Shown: positions 17,759 through 31,690 of the stretch, in pieces
How positions within the stretch are numbered: the stretch's first letter is position 1
How the letters are laid out: each line of letters begins with the position of its first letter
Translations under genes and position numbers: made by a program
Notes under the pieces: model-generated
What the model was told of the DNA's origin: nothing
Databases searched by the model: none
Seen by the model: the letters and a program-made list of their open reading frames with translations, nothing else
Assembly (NCBI RefSeq): GCF_009914755.1
Contig: NC_060936.1
Source: the human T2T-CHM13v2.0 reference genome, Homo sapiens
Strand: one strand, 5' to 3'
DNA length: 64,000 bases

Positions 17759-19068
17759 AAATAGGAACAGCTCAGGTCTGCAGCTACCAGCGAGATCAAC
17801 GCAGAAGGTGGGTGATTTCTGCATTTCCAATTGAGGTACTCAGCTTATCTCACTGGGACTGGTTAGACAGTGGGTGCAGCCCATGGAGGGTATGCCGAAG
17901 CAGGGTGGGGCATCACCTCACCCAGGAAGTGCAAGGGGTTGTGGAACTCCCTCCGCTAGCCAAGGGAAGCCGTGAGGGACCATGCCCTGAGGAATGGTGC
18001 ATTCCAGCCCAGATACTATGCTTTTGTTCTCAACCTGCAGCAGGAGATTCCCTCAGGTGCCTACACCACCCGGGCCCTGGGTTTCAAGTACAAAACTAGG
18101 CGGCCATTTGGGCAGACACCGAGCTAGCTGCAGGAGTTTTTTTTTCATACCCCAGTGGTGCCTGGAACTACAGCGAGACAGAACCCTTCACTCCTCTGGA
18201 AAGGGGGCTGAAGCCAGGGAGCCAAGTGTTCTAGCTCAGCGTATCACACCCCCATGGAGCCCAGCAAACTAAAATCCACTGGCTTGAAATTCTTGCTCCC
18301 AGGAGAGCAGTCTGAAGTCAACCTGGGATGCCAAGCTTGGTGACGGGAGGGGTGTGAGCCATTACTGAGGCTGGAGTAGACGGTTTTCCCCTCACAATGT
18401 AAACAAACCGGCTGCGAAGTTCAAATTGGGTGGAGCCCACCTCTGCAAAGCGGCTGTAGCCAGACTGCCTCTCTAGATTCCTCCTCTCTGGGCAGGGTAT
18501 CTCTGAAAGAAAGGCAGCAGCCCCAGTCAGGGACTTAGAGATAAAACTCCCATCTCCCTGGGACAGAGCACCTGGGGGAAGGGGCAACTGTGGGCGCAGC
18601 TTCAGCAGACTTAAATGTTCCTGTCTTCAGCCTCTGAAGAGAGCAGCAGATCTCCTAGCACAGTGCTCGAGCTCTGCTAAGGGACAGACTGCCTCCTCAA
18701 GTGGGTCCCTGACCCCTGTGCCTCCTGACTGGGAGACACCTCCAAGCAGAGGTCGACAGACACCTCATACAGGAGAGTTCCGGCTGGCATCTGGTGGGTG
18801 CCCCTCTGGGATGAAGCTTTCAGGGGAAGGAAGAGGCAGCAATCTTTGCTCTTCTGCAGCCTCTGCTGGTGATACTTGGACAAACAGGGTCTGAAGTGGA
18901 CCTTCAGTAAACTCCAGCAGACCTGCACCAGAGGGGCGGCCTGACTGTTAGGAGGAAAACTAACAAACAAAAAGGAATATCGTCAACATCAACAAAAAGG
19001 ATGTCCACACAAAAACCCCATCCGAAGATCACCAACATCAAAGACCAAAGGTAGATAAATCCACCAAG

Positions 19069-20088
19069 ATGATGAAAAACCAGTGCAAAAAGGCTGAAAA
19101 TTCCAAAAACCAGAACGCTTCTTCTCCAAAGGATCACAGCTCATCTCCAGTAAGAGAACCAAACTGGACAGAGAAAGAGTTTGATGAATTGACAGAAGTA
19201 GGCTTCAGAAGGTGGGTAATAACAAACTCCTCTGAGCTAAAGGAGCATGTTCTAACCCAATGCAAGGAAGCTAAGAGCCTTGAAAAAAGGTTAGAGGAAT
19301 TACTAACTAGAATATTCAGTTTAAAGAAAAACATAATGACTTGATGGAGCTGAAAAGCACAGCACAAGAACTTCAGGAGGCATACACAAGTGTCAATAGC
19401 CGAATCAATCACGGGGAAAAAAGGATATCACAGATTGAAGATCAACTTAATGAAATAAAGCAAGAAGAAAAGATTAGAGGAAAAATAATAAAAAGGGACA
19501 AACAAAGCCTTCAAGAAATATGGGACAATGTGGAAAGACCAAACCTATGTTTGATTGGTGTACCTGAAAGTGATGGGGTGAATGGAATCAAACTGGAAAA
19601 CACTCTCTTCAGGATATTATCCAGGAGATCTTCCCCAACCTAGCAAGACAGGCCAACGTTCACATTTGGGAAATACAGAGAACACCACTAAGATACTACC
19701 AGAGAAGAGCAACCCCAAGACACATAATCATCAGATGCACTAAGGTTGAAGTGAAGGAAAAAATGTTAAGGGCAGCCAGAGAGAAAGGTCGGGTTATCCA
19801 AAAAGGGAAGGCCATCAGACTAACAGCGGATCTCTCAGCAGAAACTCTACAAGCCAGAAGAGAGAGGGGGCCAATGTTCAATATTATTAAAAAAAAAATT
19901 TAATCCAGAATTTTATAACCAGCCAAACTAAGCTTCATAAGCAAAGGAGAAATACAAATTTTTACAGAAAAGCAAATGCTGAGAGGTTTTGTCACCACCA
20001 GACCTGCCTTACAAGAGCTCCTGAAGGAAGCACTAAATATGGAAAGGAAAAACCAGCACCAGCCACTGCAAAAACATACCAAATTGTA
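19069..20088 (+). pseudogene. Disrupted L1 ORF1
   Basis: MMKNQCKKAENSKNQ... and ...SLQEIWDNVERPNL... in separate frames. Confidence 0.93.
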
Positions 20089-21139
20089 AAGAACATTGAC
20101 ACTATGAAGAAACTGCAACAACCAACAGGCAAAATAACCAGCTAGCATCACGACAGGACCAAATTCACAAATAATGATATTAACCTTAAATGTAAATGGG
20201 CTAAATGCCCAAATTAAAAGACACAGACTGGCAAATTGGATGAAGAGTCAAGACTCATTGGTGTGCTGTATTCAGGAGACCCATATCACATGCAAAGGCA
20301 CACATAGGTTCAAAATAAAGGGATGGAGGAATATTTACCAAGCAAATGGAAAGCAAAAAAGTGCAGGGGTTGCAAAAAAAGAAATCAAAGACCTAAATAA
20401 ATGATGAGAGCTACTATGTTAATGAACTGTGATTCAAGATATGAACAATCTTCTAATTGATCTATATGTTTAATGCAATTTCCAGCAAGATTTGTATAGA
20501 CATAATCAAGCTTATTCTAAAGTTTATATGGAAACACACAGATTCAAGAATAGTTAAAACAATCTTGACAAAAAATACAATGGAAGGAATTACTCTACCT
20601 TGGAACCAACCCAAATGCCCATCAGTGTTAGACTGGATAAAGAAAATGTGGCACATATACACCATGGAATACTGTGCAGCCATAAAAAGGATGAGTTCAT
20701 GTCCTTTGCAGGGGCATGGATGAAGCTGGAAACTATCATTCTCAGCAAACTAACACAGGAACAGAAAACCAAACACCGCATATTCTCACTCATAAGTAGG
20801 AGCTGAACAATGAGAACACATGGACAAAGGGAGGGGAACATTACACACCGGGCCCTGTTGGGGTTTGGAGGGTAGGGGAGAGACAACATTAGGATAAATA
20901 CCTAATGTAGATGATGGGTTGATGGGTGTAGCAAACCACCATGGCACACGTATACCTATATAACAAATCTGCATGTTCTACACATGTATCTCAGAACTTA
21001 AAGTATAATTTTAAAAACATTTTGCAAATAAAAAACAACTGCCATTTTACTTGTTTCTTTTGATTTTTAATTATAAACATTTATAATTTATAAATTATCA
21101 CTTGTAAGGATACCTCTGATTGTACTTTTATAACAATAT

Positions 21140-24100
21140 CTACCTTCCTCTACCTGTCCCCCCATTCATAACACCTGGGCATCTACTAATCTGTTCTTTG
21201 TCTCTACCATTTTGTCAATTCAAGAATGTTATATCAATGAAATCATATATTTCAGCATTGGCTTTTTTTACAGAGCACAATTTCCTTGAGATTTATCTGA
21301 GTTGCTTTGTATCAATAATATAGTTTGTGTCTTTATTGCTGAGTAATGTTTCATGGTACGGTTGTATCAAGCTTGTTTATTCAACAGTTGAAGAACATTT
21401 GGATTGCTTCCAGTTTTTTTGCTATTATTAACAAAACTACTGTGAACATTCATATACATATTATTGTGAGCATTACTCTTCATTTCTCTAGAATATACAC
21501 CCAAGGATTCAATTGCTGGGTCACGAAGTAACTATATATATTTAGTTTTATAAGCAAATGCTAAACTGCTCCCCAGAATGGCTGTACCATCTCACATTCC
21601 CAGCAACAATGTATGAGTGAGCTAATTTGTATGTCTCCTGACCAGCATTTGGTGTTGTAACTATTTTTCATTTTATTCATTCTGATAGTCCTGTAGTAAT
21701 GTCTCATTGTGATTTTAATTTGAATGTCCTTAATACATAATAATTTTGAATATCTTTTCTTTTGCTTATTTGCTATCTGCATATCCTCATTGGTTGAAAT
21801 ATATTTGGCTATTGCCCATTTTCTAATTGAATTGTTTTCTTTTTAATGTTGAGTTTTGAAAGTTCATTATATATTCTAGATACTAGTCCTTTGTCAGATA
21901 GGTTTGCAAATGTTTTCTCCAAGTCTGTGGTTTGTCTTTTCATACTCATAAAGGTCACTGTCAAAGGAAAAGTTTTTCATTTTGATGAGGTTCAATTTAT
22001 CAATCATTTTGTTTTACATTTAAGTCTGTGATCCATCTTGAGTTCACTTTTAGAATAACATGTAATTTAAATCAAAGTTCATATTTTGCCTATGATATAC
22101 AGTTGCTCCAGCACTGTTTGTTGAGAAGGCTATCCTTCATCTAGCAAGTTGTTTTTGAACTTTATTGCAATCATGTCGGTATTCCTTTGGGTCTATTATT
22201 GGATTTTCTACTCTTTACTATCGATATTTGCTTGTATCCCTATGCCATAATATACCCTCTCATTTATTATAGCTAAATAGTAAGACTTAATATCAGGTAG
22301 AATAATTCCTTCTATTGTATTCTTTGTCAAGATTGTTTTAGCTATTCTTGAGTCTGTGTGTTACCATATAAACTTTAGAATAAGCTTGATTATGCCTATG
22401 TAAATCTTGTTGGAAATTGCATTAAACATATAGATCAATTAGAAGATTGTTCATATCTTGAATCACAGTTCATTAACAGAGTAACTCTCATCATTTATTT
22501 AGGTATTTTATTTATTTCAAACAATATATTGGGATATTCAGTGTAGAGATCCTGTATGCATTTTCTTAAGTTTATACATGAGTTTCATTTTATTTGGAGT
22601 GATTAAAAACGGTATTGTGTTTTTAATTTGTTTTCACATGCTATTTTTTAACATATAAGAATGAGTTTCTTTGTGTTGGTTTTGTATCTTTCAAACTACT
22701 GAACTAACTTAACAGTTCTACTTTTTAATTTTTATAGAGATATCTTGGAATTTTCTTCTAAGACAATCGTGTCATCTGCAGATAGGGACAATTTTATTTC
22801 TTACATTCCAATCTGTATAACTTTCATTTCTTTTTCTTCCCTCACTGGAGTGACCAGAACTTGTAGTACTATGTTAAATATAGGAGGTAAGAGTAGACAT
22901 CTTTAATATGTTCCTAATCTTAGGGGCAAAGCTTTCAGTATTTCACTATTACATATACTGTTAGCTATAAACTTTTTTTTTTTTTTACATTTTGCTATCA
23001 TGTTCAAGCAAATATTCTGTAATTATAACTTTCTGAGAGTTTTTGTAATTAATGGGTGTTGGAGTTTTTCAAATGCTTCTACTTCAATTAATTAATTAAT
23101 TATATATATATATGTTTCTTTTCGGCATTTTGATGTAGTCAATTACATTGATTTTTGAATTTTGAACCAGATTTTCATTACTTGAAATAAATCTCATTTA
23201 TTCACTGTGTATAATTGTTTTTATACATTTTTGGATTCAATTTGCTAAGGATTTTTGCATATATACTCATGAGGGATATTGATCTGTAATTTTTCTTTGT
23301 TATTTTGGTGTCAGAGAAATTCTGACCTCATAATATAAATTAAGAAGCTTTCTCTCCTTTTCTTTGTTCTGGAAAAGATTGTATAAAATTGGTATTCTTT
23401 AAATGTTTGTTAGAATTTTTCACTGGAACCATCTGGACATGTAATTGTTTTCTTCAGAAGACTTCTAATTATGAATTGAATTTCTTTCATAGTTAAAAAC
23501 TAATCAAATGATACATTTCTCTTTGGTTGGGATTTTACAGTTTGTGGCTTTCAGTGAATTGATCCATCAGTCTACTTTGAATTTATGAGTAGAAGCTGCT
23601 CATAGTACTGCATTTTAGTCTTTATATGGCTGATATTTTTGCCTTGTGTCCTCTCTTTTTAAATTTTGGCCAGTCCTGCCATAAGCTCATCAATTTTATT
23701 ATTTTTTCCAAAGAATCAATTTTTGTTTTGTTGATTCTTTTCTATTGTCTTCTGATTTCCAATTACATAGATTTCTACTCTTTTACTTATTATTTCACAC
23801 TTTACCTGCCTTGCATTTATTTACTCTTGGTTTTCTAGTTTCCTAAATTTTGCACAGAGGTAATTGATTTAAGACCTTCACACTTTTTTTTTCTTTTAGC
23901 TAACATAAGCATTTTGTGCTATAAATTTCCCTTTCATAACAGCTTTATCTACATCTCTACATCTCACATATTTTGATATGCTGCATTTTTTATTTTCATT
24001 CAGTTTTACGCATTTTTATTTCGTCTGATATCCCCTCTGAATCATGGATTATTTAGAAGTGTATTGTTTAATTTTCAAGGTGCAGAGATTTTCTTCTTAT

Positions 24101-24405
24101 TACTATTAGTTTTTAGTTTAATTATGTTATGATTAGAGAACATACTCTTTATAATTTCAAATTTTTTAAAGTTGTTGAGGTTTATTTTATAGCTAGGACT
24201 TGATGTATCTCAAGGAATGTTCCATGCATGCTTGAAAAAATGTATATTTAGCTGTTGTTCAGTGAAGTGTTCTATAGATGCCATATTTTTATAGTTGATA
24301 ATGTTGTTCAGGTCTTCTATATTTTTGTTGATTTGGTTTTTACCTAGCAGTTCTATCAAGGTTGATAGAAGGTTTTTGAACTTCCCAATTATCATTGTGG
24401 TTCTG
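21140..24405 (-). mobile_element. Old L1M element (3'UTR plus ORF2, decayed)
   Basis: Minus-strand ORF2-like peptides (IQIKITMRHYY...KCW; NKNIEDLNNIIN), T-rich plus strand. Confidence 0.85.
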
Positions 24406-26274
24406 TCATTTTATGAAGATCACCTAGATACTATTTTAATTACTTCACAATCAGAAAACTTAGTGGAATGTGATCATGAAAGTTTTTCTTTCACTGTTGA
24501 AAATATCCTTCTCAGAAAATAGAGTGAAAAAGTAAAAGAACGTTGATATATTCCACATAGTTAGTGACAAAGTCATTTGCAAAAATTTGGAGTTAATAGT
24601 AAATTTTGATGAGGGGAGAGCATTTGGAGGTTTCCTGGAGTCCAAGAAAATGCTGAAGAATTAAGTTCTGTGTAGTCCCTCTAGTCCTCTATAACATGCA
24701 AATATTATGTGAAAATTGCACCACATCCCTTAATAGACAAAGTTGGCTTGACTTTATGGGCTAAGTATTGAGTAATAGTAGTTTTACTATGGCATATAGT
24801 GAAGCAATCTAAATTATGAATGGAACCCAGTTTATCTAACTTTTACATTCTGTTTAATAGGTCCATTGGCCTTATATATATATATATATATCTACCATTA
24901 CTATTTAATTATATATATTTCTATTAAATTTAAAATGAAAAGGCTTTTTTTTTTTTTTTTTTTAGTTCAGGCCTGTGTGTTTTACAGCCACAAAAAAACA
25001 TTACTAAGGGATAACTTAGAGCACATTCTTCCTGATAGTGTTATTATCTAATGAATCACAGCTGATTTTTTCTTGGCTTAATAGTCTCAGAAGAAAGTTT
25101 TATAATGTGTCCCGAGTTCAATAATTGCTGAATCAGTTAATCTTTATATAATAGAAAAATAAGAAAACTCCACTGTAAGCATGTTGAACAAGGTTTTAAT
25201 TAAAAGCAGTTCTATGGTTGGCAGCAGCCTCTGTCCCAACTGTGTTTTTACAAAATCCTCCAAAATATTTTAAAGTAATCTCTATCTTTACTTATTATAA
25301 AGAGAGTTATATTCTTCTGACTAATATGAACAAGAATTGTTTTCAGCTCATATAATTAATAGGGTAACAGATTTCTCACATGCTAAGCTCAGCCAGCAAT
25401 GGGTGTGTGTGAAATAAAAAGTTCACCCCTCTCTCCCTAGTGTATGACCTCAGCTTTGGACAAGATAATAGAAATGGCTTATGTAAAAGATTAGTTCCTG
25501 ATGTTAATGGACCTAAAATCTACAGAATGTGCTGTTTGTTCAAAAACAGACATGGAATTTGCTCCTATATTCAGTGTGTTATTTACTTGTATACATTGTG
25601 CTATGTTTTTGAAAATGACCTTAAGCATAAACTTTATTAGTAGCATCCAACTTCCACTCCACTGTTGTCTCTGGCAACATTTTCTTTTCATCCTCTCTTA
25701 CCTATATTTATGGTAAATGACAAACTGGCTTTTTAAAGAAATGGCCAATCAAAAAAAGCCTGCAGCAATTTCAATTTCCAAAAAGAGAGCACTAAGTTTG
25801 AGGTTTTACGACCATGGTAAGTGTCTTCAGTTCTGGGGTGACTTTGATAAATTACTTTAAAGGAGTTTTGTTATAAAGAAACAAATCCCCAGGATATATA
25901 GTTCTCTCATTGCCTCATATCCTTATTTTTCACATGATTGTCCTGGGACTCTTTGAGAACATCTGGGAGAGCTCTGATTACAAAATGTGAGCTGTTTTGA
26001 GCACAGCGCAGTTTGTAATTTTGATTCTGTTTCATGCTGAATCTTGTTGTGCTCTCATCCCCTTTTTAATCCATTCAGATAGATAACATGTTCTAAGATC
26101 TCTTTTAAATGGGTTAAGTCAACTTCAGTTCCATGTAGAAAGGTTTTCTCATCACGTAAGGGAAAGTCTGATATAACAGTTTTTATTACAACACAGTTGA
26201 TACACAGGGCAAGGAAATTTAATATAAAGAAAGACAAGAGATACATTACAGGGATCTTGAGTTGCACAGGCTTT

Positions 26275-27065
26275 TTTTTTTACTTTATTAATTCTTTTAT
26301 TGTGGTAAGAACACTTACATGAGATCTACTCACTTAACAATTTTGAAATGCATAAGCTTTTACTGTTGATGTTGTATAGCTGATCTTTACAACTTATTCT
26401 TCATGAGTAACTGAAACTTTACCCACTGATTAGTAACTCCCCATTTTCCCTTCCCCTCAGTAATTCCACGACTATTTTAGATAACTCATGTAAGTAGAAT
26501 CATGCAGTATTTGTCTTTTTGTGGCTGGCCTATTTCACCTAGCATAACATCCTCAAGGATCATATATGTTGTTGCACATTACAGAATTTCCTTTTTTTTA
26601 AAGGCCGAATAGCATTCCATTGTATGCATATATCAGATTTCCTTTATTCATTTATCAGTCCATGGACATTTAGATCCACATTTTGGCTATTATAAATAAT
26701 ATTGCTATGAATATAGGCATGCTAATATCTCTTCGAGATCCTGATTTCATTTCTTTTGGATAAATACCCAGAAGTAGAATTGCTGGCACATACATTATTG
26801 CTATTGTTTTTTGAGAAACTTCCATACTGTTTTCCATAATGGTGTCACCACTTTGCATTCGCTATTACAAGGATTTCAGTTTCTCCACATCTTTGTCAAC
26901 ACTGTTGTCTTTTTCAGTTTACGTAATATGCATTCTAACAGGTATGTGGTGATATTTCACGTGGTTTGAATTTGCATTTTCCTGAGGATTAGTGACATTG
27001 TGCATTTTTTTCATAAACCTGTTGACCATTTGTCTGTCTTTTATGCAGAAATGTCTATTCAAGTC
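26275..27065 (-). mobile_element. L1MA (about MA8-10) 3' fragment
   Basis: ttgtggtaagaacacttacatgagatctact 3'UTR signature; ORF 26670-26858 has PAILLLGIYPKEMKS. Confidence 0.85.
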
Positions 27066-28250
27066 AAAGGCAATTATACCACGAGGTATAGTTCCTGTAG
27101 AAATTTGTTCATATACTTATTAGAATCTTTTACTCAAAATCTCAACTTGAAATTTATCAAAGTTAGAGCGTGGATCTATTTATTAATGTACGGATTTCCA
27201 GTGCTTGCCACAGATATTATTACACATTTCTCAATAAATTTTTCTTCAACTTATGATTGATAGATAAATAGGATATAGATTAATTCTTAGTAGGAGATAG
27301 ATAGTAGTAGGAGGTAGATATTTTTAGGTTGGAAGCTTCATTACCATTTCCAAGATATTAAGTAAAATTTAAACACCAAAAGTTAAATAGGCAGACATAA
27401 TTTTTAAGAATCTGTTTTTGGCAGTTATATATGATATTAAGGAAAAATTACTATTACCAGCTTGATATGTTGCATCCCAGTACTGACTGTTACAATAATA
27501 ATCATAACTCTCACTTATCTTTTTTCTGTGTGTCTAGAAGTTTACCACTAAGACAATGAGGCAGCAGCCAGCTCTGTGCATTCTCACTTGTGGATTATGT
27601 AGCAAATAAGCAACTTATAAAATAAGGCACTTTTAGTTGTATAGGAAATAAAGAAAGTAAAACAGATTTGGGGAAGTAAGAACCTAAGAATTCACCCCTG
27701 ATATTGCAAATAACAAGGTTTTGGTCCTAAAAAATTATAACTTGCCTAAGCTATATGATTATTTTATTGTCAGAGATGGGACTACATCCAAAAACCTTAG
27801 CATGTTTTTCTTTCTATAAAGCAATGTTGATTCCCTTCATGAAGATCTTAAAATTAAAAAGAAGGAATATAAGCCTACATGTTGGTGCACGAAAGCAAAA
27901 AAACACTGAAAAATATCTATCCAAAACCAACTCAGTTTATTTGTGCATTCATTCAGCCAGAAAAACATTCATTAACAATCTCAGTCTCAAGACTGCTTAC
28001 ACAAAACATCGTTTCTGGCAACAAGAGCTTCCTATTTAGTGAAGGATGCAGATAAGTAAATAGACTGTTACAAAAATGTTGTAGCAAATTCTCTGATAGA
28101 AGGAATCACAAGAACTACAAGATGGCACATCTTATCCAGATTGGGTGGTTAAAGCAACCTCCAATCTTTTTTTTAAAATGGCCTCTAAATTTTTAAAAAT
28201 AATGTACTACCACACGTCTTTTAATTTTCATATGTAAAATTGGCAACATG

Positions 28251-28587
28251 GAGTCTTCATTTCATATCAGTCAGTTCTGCATCCATGGATTCAACCAACT
28301 GATCTAAAATATTCAGAAAATAAAATCAATAGTTGTATCTGTATGGAATACATGCAGACTTTTCTCTTGTAATTATTTCATAAACAATATAGAATAAAAC
28401 TGTATATCATTTACATTGTATTAGGAACTAATAAGTAATGTAGAGGTGACTTAAAGCATACAGGAGGATGTGTGTAGGTTATACGCAAATACTATATTAT
28501 TTTATATCAGAGACTTGATCATCCTTGGATTTTTGTGTCCCTAGGGTGTCCTGGAACTAATCCTGCACAGCTATTGAGGGATGACTG
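28251..28587. mobile_element. MER2 (TcMar-Tigger MITE)
   Basis: gcatccatggattcaaccaac...acaggaggatgtgtgtaggttatacgcaaatac...gagggatgactg terminus. Confidence 0.85.
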
Positions 28588-29759
28588 TGTACAGATCCAT
28601 AAGATTTCATTTTTAGCATAATATAACTTTAAGAAAAAATAAAATTATTATATATCTCTTTTAAATATTTCCCCTGAAGTGTAAGCCTTAAAGCAATTCC
28701 ATATCACCATCATTTATTAAAATGTATGTAAACAAGCTCTTCTTTGGAAGGCAGAAATTGCCTATCATTTATTTTAATCCTTGAACTCATCTTTCCATTT
28801 CAATTATAATGCACTTTAGCCCTTGAAAATATTTTATTGATTGTCCTAACATCATTTCTGTGATAAAAATATGTATATAGATAATACAAATTTAAAGTGT
28901 AATGTAAACATATAATACATACATAGACTTTGATATATAATATGTAATATAATTGTTACTATAAAATTTATATTAATAATATAAATAAATTTAACTTACT
29001 TTTCCAATTTTCTGGAATCATATGGCTCCAGCTACTAAAATATTTTGTCTAGAGTTACCATTGTAATGTTTATTACTGCCAACTGATAAAACAAGAGAAA
29101 TATGTGACTAAATGAATGAAATATATGAGAATTGTTTTTATCTATTTTTAATGAATACTGTTATTTGAATAAAGCAGATTACAATATTAACTTTATTCCT
29201 CTTTTTAAAACTGTTTTCATGAGGTTAAAGCTTATAAATTATTTTACATAAACATATATGTGTGAATGAAAAGAATATTCTAGAACAAAAGTACCAATTT
29301 TTAAAACTTCTTTTAGCTTAATATGCCAAAAATTATGTAATAGTCTTCCATCAAATATTTTTAATGAATCAGCAGCTCAACTAGGCATTTCCTCAGTTTT
29401 GTTTAAGGCAAAAATTTAAAGCTATCAGACATAAAATGGATTTGTTACCAAGAGAAAATTTGTTACCAAAAGAAATTCTCTTTCTGAATTTCTGAAAACT
29501 ATACATATGAGGATAATTACTAATTTTGCTTACTATCCTTTCATTTAGAGGATTTATAAATTAGGCTTTATAAATTAGGAATTGGGCCCCTAGTGTCAAG
29601 TTTATAATGGTTTATTAATTGTATTAATAATTGTTTTTAATTGTATTAATGGTAGAATTTACAACATTCTATAAATAATTAATAGGAATGAATAATAAAC
29701 ATATATCTGATTGCAATGAATTTGGGGAGTATGGAAATTTCCCTAAATTTAAAAATGAA

Positions 29760-30795
29760 GATAGCAAGAATATGCTTACTTTTATAAGAAACCACAAAAC
29801 TTGTTTTCCAAGGGACTCTAGCAGCTTGCATCACCACCAGCAGTGCATAAGAGTTTTAATTATTCCAAGTCCTTGCCAATACTTGCTATCATTAGCTTTT
29901 TAAAATTAGTCCTATTAGCTTTTTAAAATTAGCCCTTCTAATAGATGTGTCATATTTTATATTGCATCTTAATTCATATTTTTATGATGACCTATAATGT
30001 TGAGCATATTTTATAATTTATTCATAATTTATTTTCCTCTCAGATGCTTTATTTGATCATGTATGTGTTGAATTATTTTGCCCTTTCTAAAAAATATCAG
30101 GCTGTCTTATTACTGAATTTCAAGAGTTCCTCATGTATTCTAAAGAGTTCTTTATCAGATGTATATTTTGCCATATCTCCCAGTTTGCAGTATGCCTTTT
30201 CATTTTCTTAAGAGTATCTTTTGAAGCACAAAAGATAGCTAGTTTTTATGAAGTCCAATTTATCAATTTTTTAGCAGTCCACACTTAAGTGCTTACCTAA
30301 GAGTTATGAAAAGACATTACAATGACTTGTACTTAAATGTTTATAGCATTTTATTTATAATAGACAAAAATTGGAAGCAACCCACGTGTCTACTAACTAG
30401 TAAATGGATAAACAAAATGTTGCATATTCATACAATGGAATAATACCTACCAATAACAATAAATGAACTATAGATATGTGCAGTAACAGATAAAGCACAC
30501 ATGTATTATGCTAAATAAAAAATGTCCACCAGAAAAGACTACATTCTGTATTATCTATTTATATGAAATCCTGCAAAAGACAAAACTATGTTATAGGAAG
30601 AAGGCAGATAATAGCTCCTAGGGGCCAGAGGTGGGGAAGGGAGATTGACTAATAAAGGGCACAAGGGAACTTTTTTGAGGAGATGCAAATATTCTACATC
30701 ATGACTGTGGAGGTCATTACATGAATGCATGTATCTGCCCAAACTCATTCATTGTATACTGAAAATTGGTGAATTTTATGTTTGTAAATTGAAAA
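29760..30795. mobile_element. Old L1M with inverted 5' part (29760-30271 minus; 30272-30795 plus)
   Basis: Minus half is the ORF2 3' region; plus half continues ttagcagtccacac...ggaagcaacccacgtgtc into an L1MB-ME type 3'UTR. Confidence 0.75.
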
Positions 30796-31690
30796 ACAGT
30801 TTTTTCTTAATTGGTTAAAAAATTAGTATAGATTTACTCATTTTTTATGAATTTTAATCAAAAACACGTATCTTACTTTCAGTATACGTTCCCTTTAATC
30901 AAAAAATAAAATTGGTGGAAGCAAATGTATACAGAACTAGAGCCAAGATCATTAAAAAGTCAATGTTTTCACTACCCCTAGTCTACCACATATTAATTTT
31001 TAAAAATTCATAGCCCCACTTTCCCCAGAAGAGAAATTTGAAATAAAAGACAAAAAAATTAAGCCATATATCAGGTATTAACCTTGACTAAGGAGGCTTC
31101 ACTAACACCAACTCTTGTAATAGGTTTTTTTGGTGTTCTAAAGAATCTTATGCCCTGGAGCAAGATGAGACGGATGAGTGACTGAAATTGTCAAAAGCTC
31201 TTTTACTAAAATTCCTTACTGGACATCAGATGTATAGAATATCATTGCCTCTGCAACATGATGGGGCACAAGAAGAAAGACTGTGTGTCCTGTTGAGGTG
31301 AAGTACCCTGACCTGAATGTCGATTTCTAACAGCTTTCATCTGAAATGACACATCAGCAAGAAGGAGCACAGAACCCTTCAGGACGTCAGCAGAGGCAGA
31401 GCTGAAACCACATAAAGCAGGTGTAGAGAAGAGGAATGACATCTTACAGTCTTTAAAAAACTAGCTGCTAAGATGTTTGAAAGAGCATGAGGATACACAA
31501 TATTGAGCAGAAGATGATACTTTATACTCATATCATTTAACTTAAAAACCATGTATATTCTTTCCTACAGTCATTAATCACTAAGGAAAAAGAGATAGCC
31601 CTCCAAATGATCATTAAGGGAGAAGGAGGAATTTCAGCTAAGAACATCACCTGTCCTATTTTCTCACAATTTCAGTGTCTCATCAATGAC

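Larger units (their letters stand above)
17742..21033 (+). mobile_element. LINE-1 (L1PA7/L1PA8-like) with intact ends and an internal ~3.4-kb ORF2 deletion filled by a templated patch
   Basis: ~1.3-kb 5'UTR, ORF1 from 19069, ORF2 start mutated to ACG at 20150, break at ~20375, resumes at 20599 (WNQPKCP), then 3'UTR; degenerate TSD aagaactgcccttt (17724) / aacaactgccattt (21034) at a tt/aaga endonuclease site. Confidence 0.93.

Noticed and set aside
20457-20723. Chimeric 88-aa ORF across the templated patch as a new protein
   Set aside because: Non-ATG start, upstream stops, frameshifted end; frame preservation at both junctions has about a 1-in-9 chance.
24410-24620. Acidic peptide EDHLDTILITSQSENLVECDHES suggesting a transposase N-terminus
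   Set aside because: Too short, with no TIR or catalytic motif to support it.
25810-25823. Perfect donor ATG|GTAAGT on the plus strand
   Set aside because: Isolated; no convincing upstream acceptor or coding frame.
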